A DNA stretch of 64,000 bases, from positions 653,731 through 717,730 of the forward strand of contig JBAZYC010000001.1 in NCBI GenBank assembly GCA_041659525.1, in the 5' to 3' direction. Shown in pieces: positions 44,677 through 53,622 of the stretch. Position 1 is the stretch's first letter, and every line of letters starts with the position of its first letter. This DNA comes from an archaeon. GTDB taxonomy: Archaea > Iainarchaeota > Iainarchaeia > Iainarchaeales > JAAZKV01. Made by a program: the position numbers and the translations under genes. A model generated the notes under the pieces. That model made no database searches. It saw only the letters and a program-made list of their open reading frames with translations, and was not told the DNA's origin.

Positions 44677-45855
44677 TCAACGTCTCATTAATGTCTCGTA
44701 TACTTCAACTCTTTTTTTCAAGTATTTATTGAAGTTGTTATTTTTTTCAATCCATTTTCTGCCATTTAATCCTATTTTTTTTAATTCTTTTTTATTTGAA
44801 ATTATATAATCTAATTTTTCTTCGTATTGTTTTGGTTCGGAAGGGTTAATTGAAATTATTCCGTCTTTGAATTCAGTTAGTTCATGGTAAAGGTTTATTT
44901 CATTACTAACAAGGACTGGTTTTCCTGTGCTTAGGGCTTCTCTTGGTAAAATTGGCCCATGGATATTTACTCCAAAGTCGTGTTCTACAGATAGTAAGCA
45001 ATCTGAAGATTTCATTATTGCCGGAACCCTCCAAGGAGTAACAAAGTTGTGAAAAAATACTCTTTCACTAATACCAAGTTTTGTTAGGTGTTGTTTTAGT
45101 TCACTCTCATCTATCCCTGTTCCAATAAGTATTAAGGAATAATCATTTTTAATTTTAGAAAGAGCATTTGTTAATTCAAAAAGCCCTTTTTTTGAATCTA
45201 TTTTACCAAAATGTGTTAATATTGTTCCCGTTGGGTTTTTTCCAATTAATTTTTTTAAATTATCTTTTTTCACTTTTGGACTGAACTCGTTTTCATCAAC
45301 AGCTTTTTTTATTTCAAATACTTTATTTTTATTTACTCCTAACTTGGTAAACAAACTTGCTCCCCTTGGAAAAGTAACTATCGCGTTTGCTGAAAGAATA
45401 GTCCTCTTTAAAGCACTAATATAGTGCGGTGAGTTTAGAATTCTTGTCATGTCACTTCCTGCATGAGTTAAGACTAAGGGTTTATCAAATTGTTTTGAAA
45501 GGTAATGCGCAACAAATCCATATGGTAATAAGTAGGATCCTTCAATTACATCAATATCTTCGTTTTCTAATATTTCTATTCCTTTAGAAATAAGTTTTAT
45601 AGTAATTGGATTAAAGCTAGGGATAAATCCTGGCATTTCAAAGGGATTTGTAGAGTAAAGGTTAACATTTTTTGGTTTTAATTTGTCCAAATCTTCAACT
45701 GTTAATTGTTCTCTATAAGGGTCTTCGACCTCATAAGAATTTGTAAGAACAAATATTTTGTGTCCTCTTTTTCCCAGTCCTTTACAATACCAATAGGCGT
45801 TTGAGCTTTCGCCTCCTTCAATCGGGGGATATTTTGATATTTTTAATATATTCAA
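44677..45855 (-). CDS. Glycosyltransferase family 4, third gene of the peptide/rSAM operon
   Basis: A TTG start at 45855, 4 nt after the rSAM stop, gives MNILKISKYPPIEGGESS, a typical GT4 N-terminus. C-terminal PREALSTGKPVLVS. The track start 45909 would overlap the rSAM gene by 50 nt. Confidence 0.7.
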   Translation of the reverse strand: MNILKISKYPPIEGGESSNAYWYCKGLGKRGHKIFVLTNSYEVEDPYREQLTVEDLDKLKPKNVNLYSTNPFEMPGFIPSFNPITIKLISKGIEILENEDIDVIEGSYLLPYGFVAHYLSKQFDKPLVLTHAGSDMTRILNSPHYISALKRTILSANAIVTFPRGASLFTKLGVNKNKVFEIKKAVDENEFSPKVKKDNLKKLIGKNPTGTILTHFGKIDSKKGLFELTNALSKIKNDYSLILIGTGIDESELKQHLTKLGISERVFFHNFVTPWRVPAIMKSSDCLLSVEHDFGVNIHGPILPREALSTGKPVLVSNEINLYHELTEFKDGIISINPSEPKQYEEKLDYIISNKKELKKIGLNGRKWIEKNNNFNKYLKKRVEVYETLMRR

Positions 45856-45859
45856 ATCA

Positions 45860-46888
45860 TCATCTCCAACATTGTGGATCTGGGGAATAGTAAGATCCAG
45901 AAACGGCATATGCTACTGCGGGGCAGCCTCGACAATAGTTGAGGAGTTCGCATTTATTACATTTTTCCATTTTTTCAATCTCTCTCATTTTGTTTAATTC
46001 CTTTGATTTAAGGAATATATCTTTTAGGCTTTGATTGGGTACTTTTCCAATAACTAGAGGCATTCTTCTGCAAGCCATTACTTGTCCGTCTGAAAGAATG
46101 GATAAGTGTCGTATTCCTATTGAGCATCCTCCTGAAATAGTTTTTACTTTCTTTTTTGGATAAAACAAACCCAGGTCATGGTATAACAATGTCCATAAGT
46201 GGTCTTTTCTGCCAAATTTTGTTTTTGTTTTGCCATTAAGTTTTCGGTATTCTTCTAAAACTTCAAGCAAAAATTCTTTATATTCCTGCGGCTTAAAAAG
46301 TTGGGATTTAAGTTGTTTTCCTTTTCCCGTTGGTACTAGTCTAGCAAAATCAAAAACATCTACTTTGTCTTTTATGAAATGAATTAGAGGGATTAGATCT
46401 TTTGAATTTGTTTTGCTTAAAGTAAACATGCAAACTGTTTTTATTCTATTTTTTTTTAGAATACCAAATGCTCGTAAGCTGTCTTTAAAGCTTCCTTTTT
46501 TTCTAAAAAAATCATGTGTTTCTTCAAGACCGTCCAAACTTATTTGATAACTTTTTACCCCAAGTTCTTTCATTTTTTTTGCAAGTTCGTTTGTTACAAG
46601 ATAAGGGTTTCCGAGTATAGATACAGTTACTTTTCTTTTTTTGCATTCTTCAAGTAAATCAAAAAAATCTTTTCTTAATAATGGGTCGCCCCCAGAAAAA
46701 CTTATGTGGGGAGTTGCTCCTAAGTAGTCACTCGTTTTAACAAAGTCATCAAGAACTTTTATACATTCAGTATAGCTTAATTGGTTTTCTACTTCTGATT
46801 TATAGGTTGATGAATCATACATATAACAATGCTTACATTTTTGTTCGCATGAAGCGGTTATATGCCATTGTATAATAAAATTAGGTAT
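45860..46888 (-). CDS. Radical SAM enzyme with a C-terminal SPASM domain (candidate peptide maturase)
   Basis: The in-frame extension upstream of the track ATG (46822) encodes IIQWHITASCEQKCKHCY, the CX3CX2C cluster motif. SGGDPLL follows. SPASM cysteines: GGCSIG, ACRR, CNKCELLNYCRGC, DPQCW. No ATG/GTG/TTG lies upstream before the stop at 46907-46909, so the start is provisionally ATA at 46888, 7 nt after AGGTG. Confidence 0.75.
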   Translation of the reverse strand: MPNFIIQWHITASCEQKCKHCYMYDSSTYKSEVENQLSYTECIKVLDDFVKTSDYLGATPHISFSGGDPLLRKDFFDLLEECKKRKVTVSILGNPYLVTNELAKKMKELGVKSYQISLDGLEETHDFFRKKGSFKDSLRAFGILKKNRIKTVCMFTLSKTNSKDLIPLIHFIKDKVDVFDFARLVPTGKGKQLKSQLFKPQEYKEFLLEVLEEYRKLNGKTKTKFGRKDHLWTLLYHDLGLFYPKKKVKTISGGCSIGIRHLSILSDGQVMACRRMPLVIGKVPNQSLKDIFLKSKELNKMREIEKMEKCNKCELLNYCRGCPAVAYAVSGSYYSPDPQCWR

Positions 46889-46938
46889 TTCGATACACCT
46901 ATTTAGTTAAGATTTGTTTAGTCATTTTTTGACTTATA

Positions 46939-47064
46939 CTAATCTCCAGTACCGCCGCCACCGCAGCCTCCGCAACCACCGCATTCAGTTTGTGCAGATT
47001 TTAGTGATTTATCAGTTTTATTCCAATAGTCGTATTTTTCTAAAATGCTTTTTGGTGAACTCAT
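46939..47064 (-). CDS. Unannotated 41-aa Cys/Gly-rich peptide, candidate RiPP precursor
   Basis: MSSPKSILEKYDYWNKTDKSLKSAQTECGGCGGCGGGGTGD. GAGGGG lies 5 nt upstream of the ATG. The peptide gene ends 50 nt upstream of the rSAM/SPASM gene on the same strand. Below the 60-aa cutoff of the supplied track. Confidence 0.6.
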   Translation of the reverse strand: MSSPKSILEKYDYWNKTDKSLKSAQTECGGCGGCGGGGTGD

Positions 47065-47246
47065 GAAAACCCCTCTAATAAAATAACGGCAAATCCAATT
47101 AATAATACCTTCGGTTATTTAAAAATGAAAAGATCTACTCAAGAGCTTTTGAGTGAGCATGATAATGAGTAATTAGTCCGAATTAAACTAAATCTTTTCT
47201 TTGAATCTAATCCTCTTTTTTAAGCTTTTTCTCACATTCTATTGTT

Positions 47247-48908
47247 ATGGTTTCTAGTCGTAAAAGGGTTCTTGTTACTAGTGCGTTGCCTTATGTGAAT
47301 AATATTCCTCATTTGGGGAATTTGGTTGGTTCTGTTCTTGGGGCTGATGCTTTTTCTAGGTTTAAACGTTTAGAAGGTAATGAGGTTTTGTTTGTTCTTG
47401 GTACTGATGAGCATGGTACTACTGCTGAAGCTAAGGCGATTGAAGAGGGTTTGACTCCTAGACAGTTAGTAGATAAGTATTTTTTGATTCACAAGAGTGT
47501 TTATGAGTGGTTTAACGCGAGTGCGAATTGCTTAGGTAGATCTTCTTCAAAAGAGAATGCAGAAATTACTAAACACATTTTTTTAGCACTTTACAAGAAT
47601 GGATATTTGAAAGAAAAAATTATTACTCAGCTTTATTCAGAAAAATCGAAAAAGTTTTTGAGTGATAGGTTTGTTGAAGGAGAGTGTCCTTTGTGTCACG
47701 CAAAGGGAGCAAGAGGGGATCAGTGTGATTCTTGCGGGAATTTACTTGACCCAATGGACTTGATTAATCCCATTAGTAAGATTGATGGATCTAAACCTGT
47801 TCCTAAAGAAACTAAGCACTTGTTTATTGATTTACCAAAACTAGAACCTGAATTAAAAAAGTGGATTGATTCTAAGAGAACTACTTGGACTCCGCTTGCA
47901 CTAAATATTACTGATCAGTGGTTAAAACAAGGATTGAGAGAGAGATGTATTACTCGTGACCTTGAGTGGGGAATTCCTGTTCCGCTTGATGGTTGGGAAG
48001 GAAAAGTTATTTACAGTTGGTTTGATGCTCCAATAGCTTATATTGGAATTACAATGGAGTGTAAAGAAAAGAGTTGGGAGAGTTGGTGGAGAGCGGATGA
48101 TATTACTTTGTATCAATTCATGGGTAAAGATAATGTTCCTTTCCATTCTATTTTGTTTCCAAGTTTTTTAATTGGAACAAAAGAAAAGTGGCACTTAGTA
48201 GATTACTTGGATTCAACTGCTTATCTAAATTATGAGGACAAAAAATTCTCAAAGAGTAAAGGGACTGGCGTGTTTGGAGATGACGCAGTTAATTCAGGAA
48301 TTGCTAGCGATATTTGGAGATATTATTTATTTAGAATTCGTCCGCAAGCAACTGACTCTGTTTTTGAGTGGAGTGATTTCTTTGGAAAAGTAAATACTGA
48401 GCTTGTTGGTAACTTTGGTAATTTTGTTAACAGAGTAATTTCTTTGAACGAAAAATTGTTTGATTCAGTTAAACAAGAATCTAGTTCAACTAAATTAATT
48501 GACCAAGTAAAACCATTAGTTGAAGAGTACAAAGAGTTAATGAATAAGCTTCACTTAAGAGAGGCTTTAATGAAAGCTAATGAAATTAGTTCAGTTGGAA
48601 ACAAATACTTGCAAACAGAAGAACCTTGGATTAAAGCTAAGACTGATAAAATTGCTGCAGCTAGTGTAATTTCTGAGTGCATTGATTTAGCAAAAGTTTT
48701 AGCAGTTCTATATTATCCTTTTACTCCTAATGCTTCTGAAAAAATATTTGTAATGCTTGGAGAAAACAAAACTATTCTTGATGTTGGATTTGAGAATTGC
48801 TTTAACCAAATTCCTACTGGAACAAAGATTTCAAAAGGAGAGATTTTGTTTAAGAAACTTGAAGAAAAAGAAATTGCTGAGCTAAAAAAGAAGTTTTCAA
48901 AAGAATAA
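47247..48908 (+). CDS. metG: Methionyl-tRNA synthetase
   Basis: ALPYVNNIPHLGNLVG (HIGH region), CPLCH...CDSCG zinc knuckle, KFSKSKG (KMSKS). Confidence 0.95.
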   Translation: MVSSRKRVLVTSALPYVNNIPHLGNLVGSVLGADAFSRFKRLEGNEVLFVLGTDEHGTTAEAKAIEEGLTPRQLVDKYFLIHKSVYEWFNASANCLGRSSSKENAEITKHIFLALYKNGYLKEKIITQLYSEKSKKFLSDRFVEGECPLCHAKGARGDQCDSCGNLLDPMDLINPISKIDGSKPVPKETKHLFIDLPKLEPELKKWIDSKRTTWTPLALNITDQWLKQGLRERCITRDLEWGIPVPLDGWEGKVIYSWFDAPIAYIGITMECKEKSWESWWRADDITLYQFMGKDNVPFHSILFPSFLIGTKEKWHLVDYLDSTAYLNYEDKKFSKSKGTGVFGDDAVNSGIASDIWRYYLFRIRPQATDSVFEWSDFFGKVNTELVGNFGNFVNRVISLNEKLFDSVKQESSSTKLIDQVKPLVEEYKELMNKLHLREALMKANEISSVGNKYLQTEEPWIKAKTDKIAAASVISECIDLAKVLAVLYYPFTPNASEKIFVMLGENKTILDVGFENCFNQIPTGTKISKGEILFKKLEEKEIAELKKKFSKE

Positions 48909-49107
48909 TTCACTAATTTTTGCTTCATTTGTTGGTTTCACTTACCCCTATATATGGTTTCAGTACTAATTAGTATAGAGTTTAAGTAATTGTTTTAAGT
49001 AAAATGATTATAGTGGCGCCCAAAGCATTTAACTTAATTTTTAAACGTTTTGTAATGGAATGTTTTCAAGAGGAAAGTAGAAAAAAAGAAATCGGTTAAG
49101 TGGTAAA

Positions 49108-49560
49108 ATGATTTGTATTATAGCATTAGTAGTTTTCGCAATACTTGGCCTTATTTCAGCTAAGTATAGAGCTTATTTCTTTGAAGCCTTGGATTGTGTT
49201 TTCAAAAAAGCTACTCTAAGAAAGTGCACTACTTCTTTTGATAAAAAAATGAAGATGAAGATTACTACTAGATTATCAAAATTAAATAGTTCTCTTGGAA
49301 GAACTGTATTCAAGCACTTTGAAACCATTTCTTGGATTTTTACTATTCTAATGATTGCTTCAATGATTTGGTCTGCTTACGTTGGATTCATGGGTGTTTA
49401 CAATTGGGTTGCTTTTGGGAATTGTTATGGGCCTGATAGTACCCAGGCTTGCGTTTTAAATAATTTAACAGGAAAAGTTCAACCAGCTGGGTATACTATT
49501 ATAACTGACACTAATTTGAGTTGTGATACGAATTTGCTTTCGGGGCAAAATTTGAAGTGA
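49108..49560 (+). CDS. Hypothetical membrane protein with conserved-looking cysteines
   Basis: Two hydrophobic helices and six Cys, including GNCYGPDSTQAC. Lies upstream of a thioredoxin-fold-like exported protein. Confidence 0.5.
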   Translation: MICIIALVVFAILGLISAKYRAYFFEALDCVFKKATLRKCTTSFDKKMKMKITTRLSKLNSSLGRTVFKHFETISWIFTILMIASMIWSAYVGFMGVYNWVAFGNCYGPDSTQACVLNNLTGKVQPAGYTIITDTNLSCDTNLLSGQNLK

Positions 49561-49635
49561 TTTTTTGCGCGAGGAAGATTTTTAACCATTATTTGTTTAT
49601 TTTTTTCAATTGACTAACAATTGGAGGGTTTTGAA

Positions 49636-50676
49636 ATGAGTAATAAACACGTTAAACACAATGCTTCTGTTCATGAGCACAAAACAGAAAGCGCCCCTAA
49701 GGATAAAAAAATTCTTGGGTTCGAAATGAAAACAATAGTGCTTTTAGCTGGGTTAGTTTTAATTTCAGCAATATTAGCTACTTGGTTTGGATTTGCAGCA
49801 GGAAGCGCAAGTGCAGTTCCAACAACAGTTGCAGTAGATAAAACTGTTTTGATGAGTACTGTTGAGAGTTATATTAATAGTAATTTATTAGTAGACCCGG
49901 GCGTTTCAGCAAAAATAATTGATGCTAACGAAGTAGGCAACGGTCTTTACGCATTGTCTTTTGAAATATACCAAAACAATGCAAAAGTTAGTGCAGGAAC
50001 ATTATACGCAAATAAAGATAAAGTTCTAATAGGTCAGGCATTTGATCTTAATACTCCTTTGCCTAAAGCAGAAACACCTGCAACACCTACAGAAACTCAA
50101 GTTAAATCAGACAAACCAGTTGTTGATTTATATGTAATGAGTTTTTGTCCGTATGGTAACAAAGCTGAAGACACAATGAAACCTGTTTTTGATTTGTTAG
50201 CAAGTAAAGTAACTTTCAATGTTCACTACATTGTAAATGTTAGTGGAACAAATGTTCAATCTCTTCACGGAGCACCTGAAGTTGTGCAAAACGAAAGAGA
50301 AGCTTGTGTTCTAAAGAACTACGATTTGAACAAGTGGTTCGAATTCGCAACTTATGTAAATACTAATTGCGGAAGTAATGGTTCTTGCTGGGAAGCTGGA
50401 GCTAAGACTTTAGGAATTGACACTGCAAAAATTAGTAATTGTGTTACAACTGAAGGAGTTGCTTTAATGCAAGCTAATGCTGATGCATCTAACGCAGCTA
50501 ATGCAAATGGCTCACCTACATTGTTAATCAATGGTGTATCAAGCACAGCTGTTTACCAATACGGTAACTCAGAAGCCTACAAGCAAGCTATTTGCTCTGC
50601 ATTTAATACTGCTCCAAGTGAATGTGAAACAGTATTAAGCGGTAGTACTAGCACTGCAGCAGGCGGATCTTGCTAA
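49636..50676 (+). CDS. Membrane-anchored extracytoplasmic protein, possible GILT/DsbA-like thiol-redox fold
   Basis: N-terminal TM anchor. VDLYVMSFCPYGNKAE ... SLHGAPEVVQNEREAC recalls the GILT-family pattern (LCP.C ... HG..E...N...C). Several C-terminal Cys. GGAGGG SD before the ATG at 49636. Confidence 0.4.
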   Translation: MSNKHVKHNASVHEHKTESAPKDKKILGFEMKTIVLLAGLVLISAILATWFGFAAGSASAVPTTVAVDKTVLMSTVESYINSNLLVDPGVSAKIIDANEVGNGLYALSFEIYQNNAKVSAGTLYANKDKVLIGQAFDLNTPLPKAETPATPTETQVKSDKPVVDLYVMSFCPYGNKAEDTMKPVFDLLASKVTFNVHYIVNVSGTNVQSLHGAPEVVQNEREACVLKNYDLNKWFEFATYVNTNCGSNGSCWEAGAKTLGIDTAKISNCVTTEGVALMQANADASNAANANGSPTLLINGVSSTAVYQYGNSEAYKQAICSAFNTAPSECETVLSGSTSTAAGGSC

Positions 50677-50690
50677 ATAACTTTAAACAA

Positions 50691-50728
50691 AAGGGGACAA
50701 AAGAGTCCCCTTTTTCTTTTTTTCTTTT
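50691..50728 (+). terminator. Hairpin plus long T-tract
   Basis: AAGGGGAC AAAAGA GTCCCCTT followed by TTTCTTTTTTTCTTTTC. Confidence 0.6.
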
Positions 50729-50757
50729 CTAATATTATTCAGCACTCTTGTGATTAA

Positions 50758-51372
50758 ATGATTGATATTATTAGAAACAAATTTTTTCTTTTAATTCTTG
50801 CTCTGATTAACTTTGCTGCGGGGATTTATTCATTTTCTTATTACTTGCCCCAGCTCCAAACAAATTCTTTTTGGAGTTGGATTTTAATTGCTGATTGTCC
50901 AATTTTTGCAATTTTGTTTGGAATAAACTTAATTCTCATATTGTTGGACAAGAGGTCTGAATTGCTTTCCTTCATTTCAATTATTGGTAACATTAAGTAC
51001 GGTCTTTGGACTATTTTTGTTTTAATTATAAGTGGAGCAGCCCCTGCAAATGAATTGATTATTTTTAGTCACTTTCTTTTAATATTAGAAACAATTGTGT
51101 TGTTTGATTTGTTTTCTTTCAAAGTAAAGCACGTACTAATTGCTGCGGTTTTGTTTGCAATTAACGATTTCTTTGATTATGTACTAGGATTACACCCTTT
51201 TGTCAAAGAGGGATTTTTAGCGGATGCAGCATTGTTTTCGCTAGCTTCTACAATAATTCTTCCTTTTTTGGTTTCAATACTATTTTCAATTAGAGAGGAA
51301 TTACCTCCTAAAAAAGAGTTTCAAAATCCTAAGAAATTGATAAAAAGTACAAAAAAATGGAGTGCTCGTTAA
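50758..51372 (+). CDS. Hypothetical polytopic membrane protein
   Basis: 5-6 hydrophobic helices. I recognise no catalytic motif (it may be DUF1405-like, but I am unsure). Confidence 0.55.
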   Translation: MIDIIRNKFFLLILALINFAAGIYSFSYYLPQLQTNSFWSWILIADCPIFAILFGINLILILLDKRSELLSFISIIGNIKYGLWTIFVLIISGAAPANELIIFSHFLLILETIVLFDLFSFKVKHVLIAAVLFAINDFFDYVLGLHPFVKEGFLADAALFSLASTIILPFLVSILFSIREELPPKKEFQNPKKLIKSTKKWSAR

Positions 51373-51516
51373 ACTTACTCTAGTGGAGTTTTTGAAAATT
51401 GAACTTGACCAAAAGAATATAAAGCAGTTCTTTCTTTATTAATTTGATAATGAACTAAAAAATGAGTAAATAGTAGTAGTGCTATTTATTGAATTTTGAT
51501 AAAAAAAGTGGATTTT

Positions 51517-52800
51517 ATGACTGAAAAGAATTTTTCTATTACAGGGCACGGAGCTTGCCAAGAAGTTGGAAGAAGTGCATTTGTTTTAGATTTTGGTGAA
51601 AAGTTTTTACTAGATTTTGGAATTAAACTTAATTTAGAAGAAATAGAGTACCCTATTGAAGTAACTGAGCACGTTAAAGCAGCAATTATTTCCCACGCTC
51701 ACTTAGATCACTCAGGTCTATTACCTTACTTTTACAAGAACTCTGATTGTTTGAGTTTTATGACTCAATCTACTCTAGAGTTAGCTGATATTTTGTGGAA
51801 AGACTCAATTAAGATTGCTGAATTTGAAGGACTTGCCCCAAAATACACTAAACAAGAAATTGACAGAACTCATAATTACAATTTTGTTGTTCCTTACAAA
51901 AAACAATTAACAGTTACTAATGATACTTCTTTAGAATTCTTTGATGCAGGGCACATTTTAGGTTCTGCTTTGACAAAAGTTACTCATAAAGAAAAATCTT
52001 TTTTATACACTGGGGATTACAAAGTAAACGAAACTCAACTGCACAACGGAGCAGATCTTAATGTTGGTAAAGTTGATTATTTAATGACTGAAGCGACTTA
52101 CGGGGATCGTGAGCAAGCTGATAGAAAACTTGAAGAGAAAGCTTTTTGCGAATCTGTTCAAAGTACAGTTGAACGAGGAGGATGGGCAATTGTTCCTGTT
52201 CTTGCAATTGGAAGAAGCCAAGAAATAGTTGATATTCTTTCAAAGTATAATCTTGATGCACCAATTTTCTTAGATGGAATGGGCAAAGCGGTTTCTGAAG
52301 TTTACTTACAACACCAAGATTTAATTAAAGACCCAAAAGGGTTAGCAAGAGCGCTAAACGAAGTTGAATGGGTTCAAGGAAAACAAGGAAGAGCAGCTGC
52401 TCTAAAAAAACCAAGTGTAATAGTTACTACTTCAGGAATGCTTAAAGGCGGACCAGTTGTTGGTTACATTAACAAAATAATGGGTGATCCTAGAAGCAAG
52501 ATTCACTTAACTAGTTTCCAAGCAGAAGGAACTCCTGGAAGATTACTTGCTGAAGAAGGTAAATTACCTAAAGAAAAAACTGGTGAAATAGTTAAAGTTG
52601 GTTGCAGATACGAAAAGTTTGATTTCTCAGCTCATCCCTCTCAAGGAGAGATGATTAAAGCAATTAAGAAGTGGAATCCTAAAGAAATCTTTTTAGTTCA
52701 CGGGGACAAAGACGTAATGAAGATTTTTGCAAAAAGAATCTTAGACGAAACAGGAATCAAATCAAGAGCACTTGAAGCTGGAAAGAAAGTTGAATTCTAA
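51517..52800 (+). CDS. Metallo-beta-lactamase / beta-CASP ribonuclease (aCPSF2/RNase J-like, no KH domains)
   Basis: HAHLDHSG motif 2, DAGHILGS, TEATYGD, C-terminal LVHGD. ATG at 51517. Confidence 0.8.
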   Translation: MTEKNFSITGHGACQEVGRSAFVLDFGEKFLLDFGIKLNLEEIEYPIEVTEHVKAAIISHAHLDHSGLLPYFYKNSDCLSFMTQSTLELADILWKDSIKIAEFEGLAPKYTKQEIDRTHNYNFVVPYKKQLTVTNDTSLEFFDAGHILGSALTKVTHKEKSFLYTGDYKVNETQLHNGADLNVGKVDYLMTEATYGDREQADRKLEEKAFCESVQSTVERGGWAIVPVLAIGRSQEIVDILSKYNLDAPIFLDGMGKAVSEVYLQHQDLIKDPKGLARALNEVEWVQGKQGRAAALKKPSVIVTTSGMLKGGPVVGYINKIMGDPRSKIHLTSFQAEGTPGRLLAEEGKLPKEKTGEIVKVGCRYEKFDFSAHPSQGEMIKAIKKWNPKEIFLVHGDKDVMKIFAKRILDETGIKSRALEAGKKVEF

Positions 52801-52916
52801 TTCAGTTTTTTTATTTTTTAAAATCTTTTTTGTTTCAAAAAAACCTTTTTTTTACCCACCCACTTCTTTTAAGTAGTTGTTTCTTTCTAAGTATTTTATA
52901 CAAAAGTGATTTCGTT

Positions 52917-53615
52917 ATGGGTTTTGGAAAGTTTTGTGCTAAGTGCGGTAAATCTACTGACGCAATTATTGGTGGGATTTGCTCTGATTGCTACTTAAAG
53001 AGACACGATTTATTTACTGTTAAAGACATTAACATTGAGAAGTGCGTTAAGTGCGGAAAGATTCACTTCAAAGGAAAGTGGACTAGTATTAGTAACGAAG
53101 AAATAGCTAATGAGGTTTCTTCTAAAATTAAATTAAATTATGATTTAGATCAACCAAAAATATTTGTTGAATTAACTCCGATAACTGATATTGATTTCTC
53201 TGCCCGAATTACAGTAACGGGTTTTTTAGAAGGAATTTTGGTTGAACAATTTAGAACTACTGAAGTTTCTTTAAACAAAGTTTCTTGTGATTCTTGCATG
53301 AAACTTGTTTCTAATTATCGTGAAGCAATTATTCAATTAAGAGCAACTACTCAATCAGAAGCAGATGCAATGCTTGAGGTTGCAAGAGAATTACTAAGAA
53401 TTGAAGCAGCAAAAGATTCTCTTAGTGCAATAATTAAAACTTTTGGAATAAAAAACGCTTACGATCTTTGGATTGGCTCAAACAAAGGAGCAATTAAAGT
53501 TGCAAGAAAACTAGCAAAACTCTATAAAACAAAAATAATTGCCTCAAAGAAACTAATTGGGGAAGATGATGGTAAAAAACCAAAGTACAGATTTACTTAT
53601 TGTATAAAGAAATAG
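52917..53615 (+). CDS. NMD3-family protein (archaeal ribosome-associated Zn-ribbon protein)
   Basis: FCAKCGK...CSDCY and CVKCGKIHFKGKW double CxxC pattern at the N-terminus. ATG at 52917. Confidence 0.7.
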   Translation: MGFGKFCAKCGKSTDAIIGGICSDCYLKRHDLFTVKDINIEKCVKCGKIHFKGKWTSISNEEIANEVSSKIKLNYDLDQPKIFVELTPITDIDFSARITVTGFLEGILVEQFRTTEVSLNKVSCDSCMKLVSNYREAIIQLRATTQSEADAMLEVARELLRIEAAKDSLSAIIKTFGIKNAYDLWIGSNKGAIKVARKLAKLYKTKIIASKKLIGEDDGKKPKYRFTYCIKK

Positions 53616-53622
53616 TTTTTTT

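Noticed and set aside
45856-45909. 50-nt overlap between the rSAM gene and the GT4 gene, as implied by the ORF track
   Set aside because: A TTG at 45855, 4 nt after the rSAM stop and preceded by GGAG, gives a canonical GT4 N-terminus (MNILKISKYPP..GGES). The ATG-initiated 18-residue extension is probably not translated.
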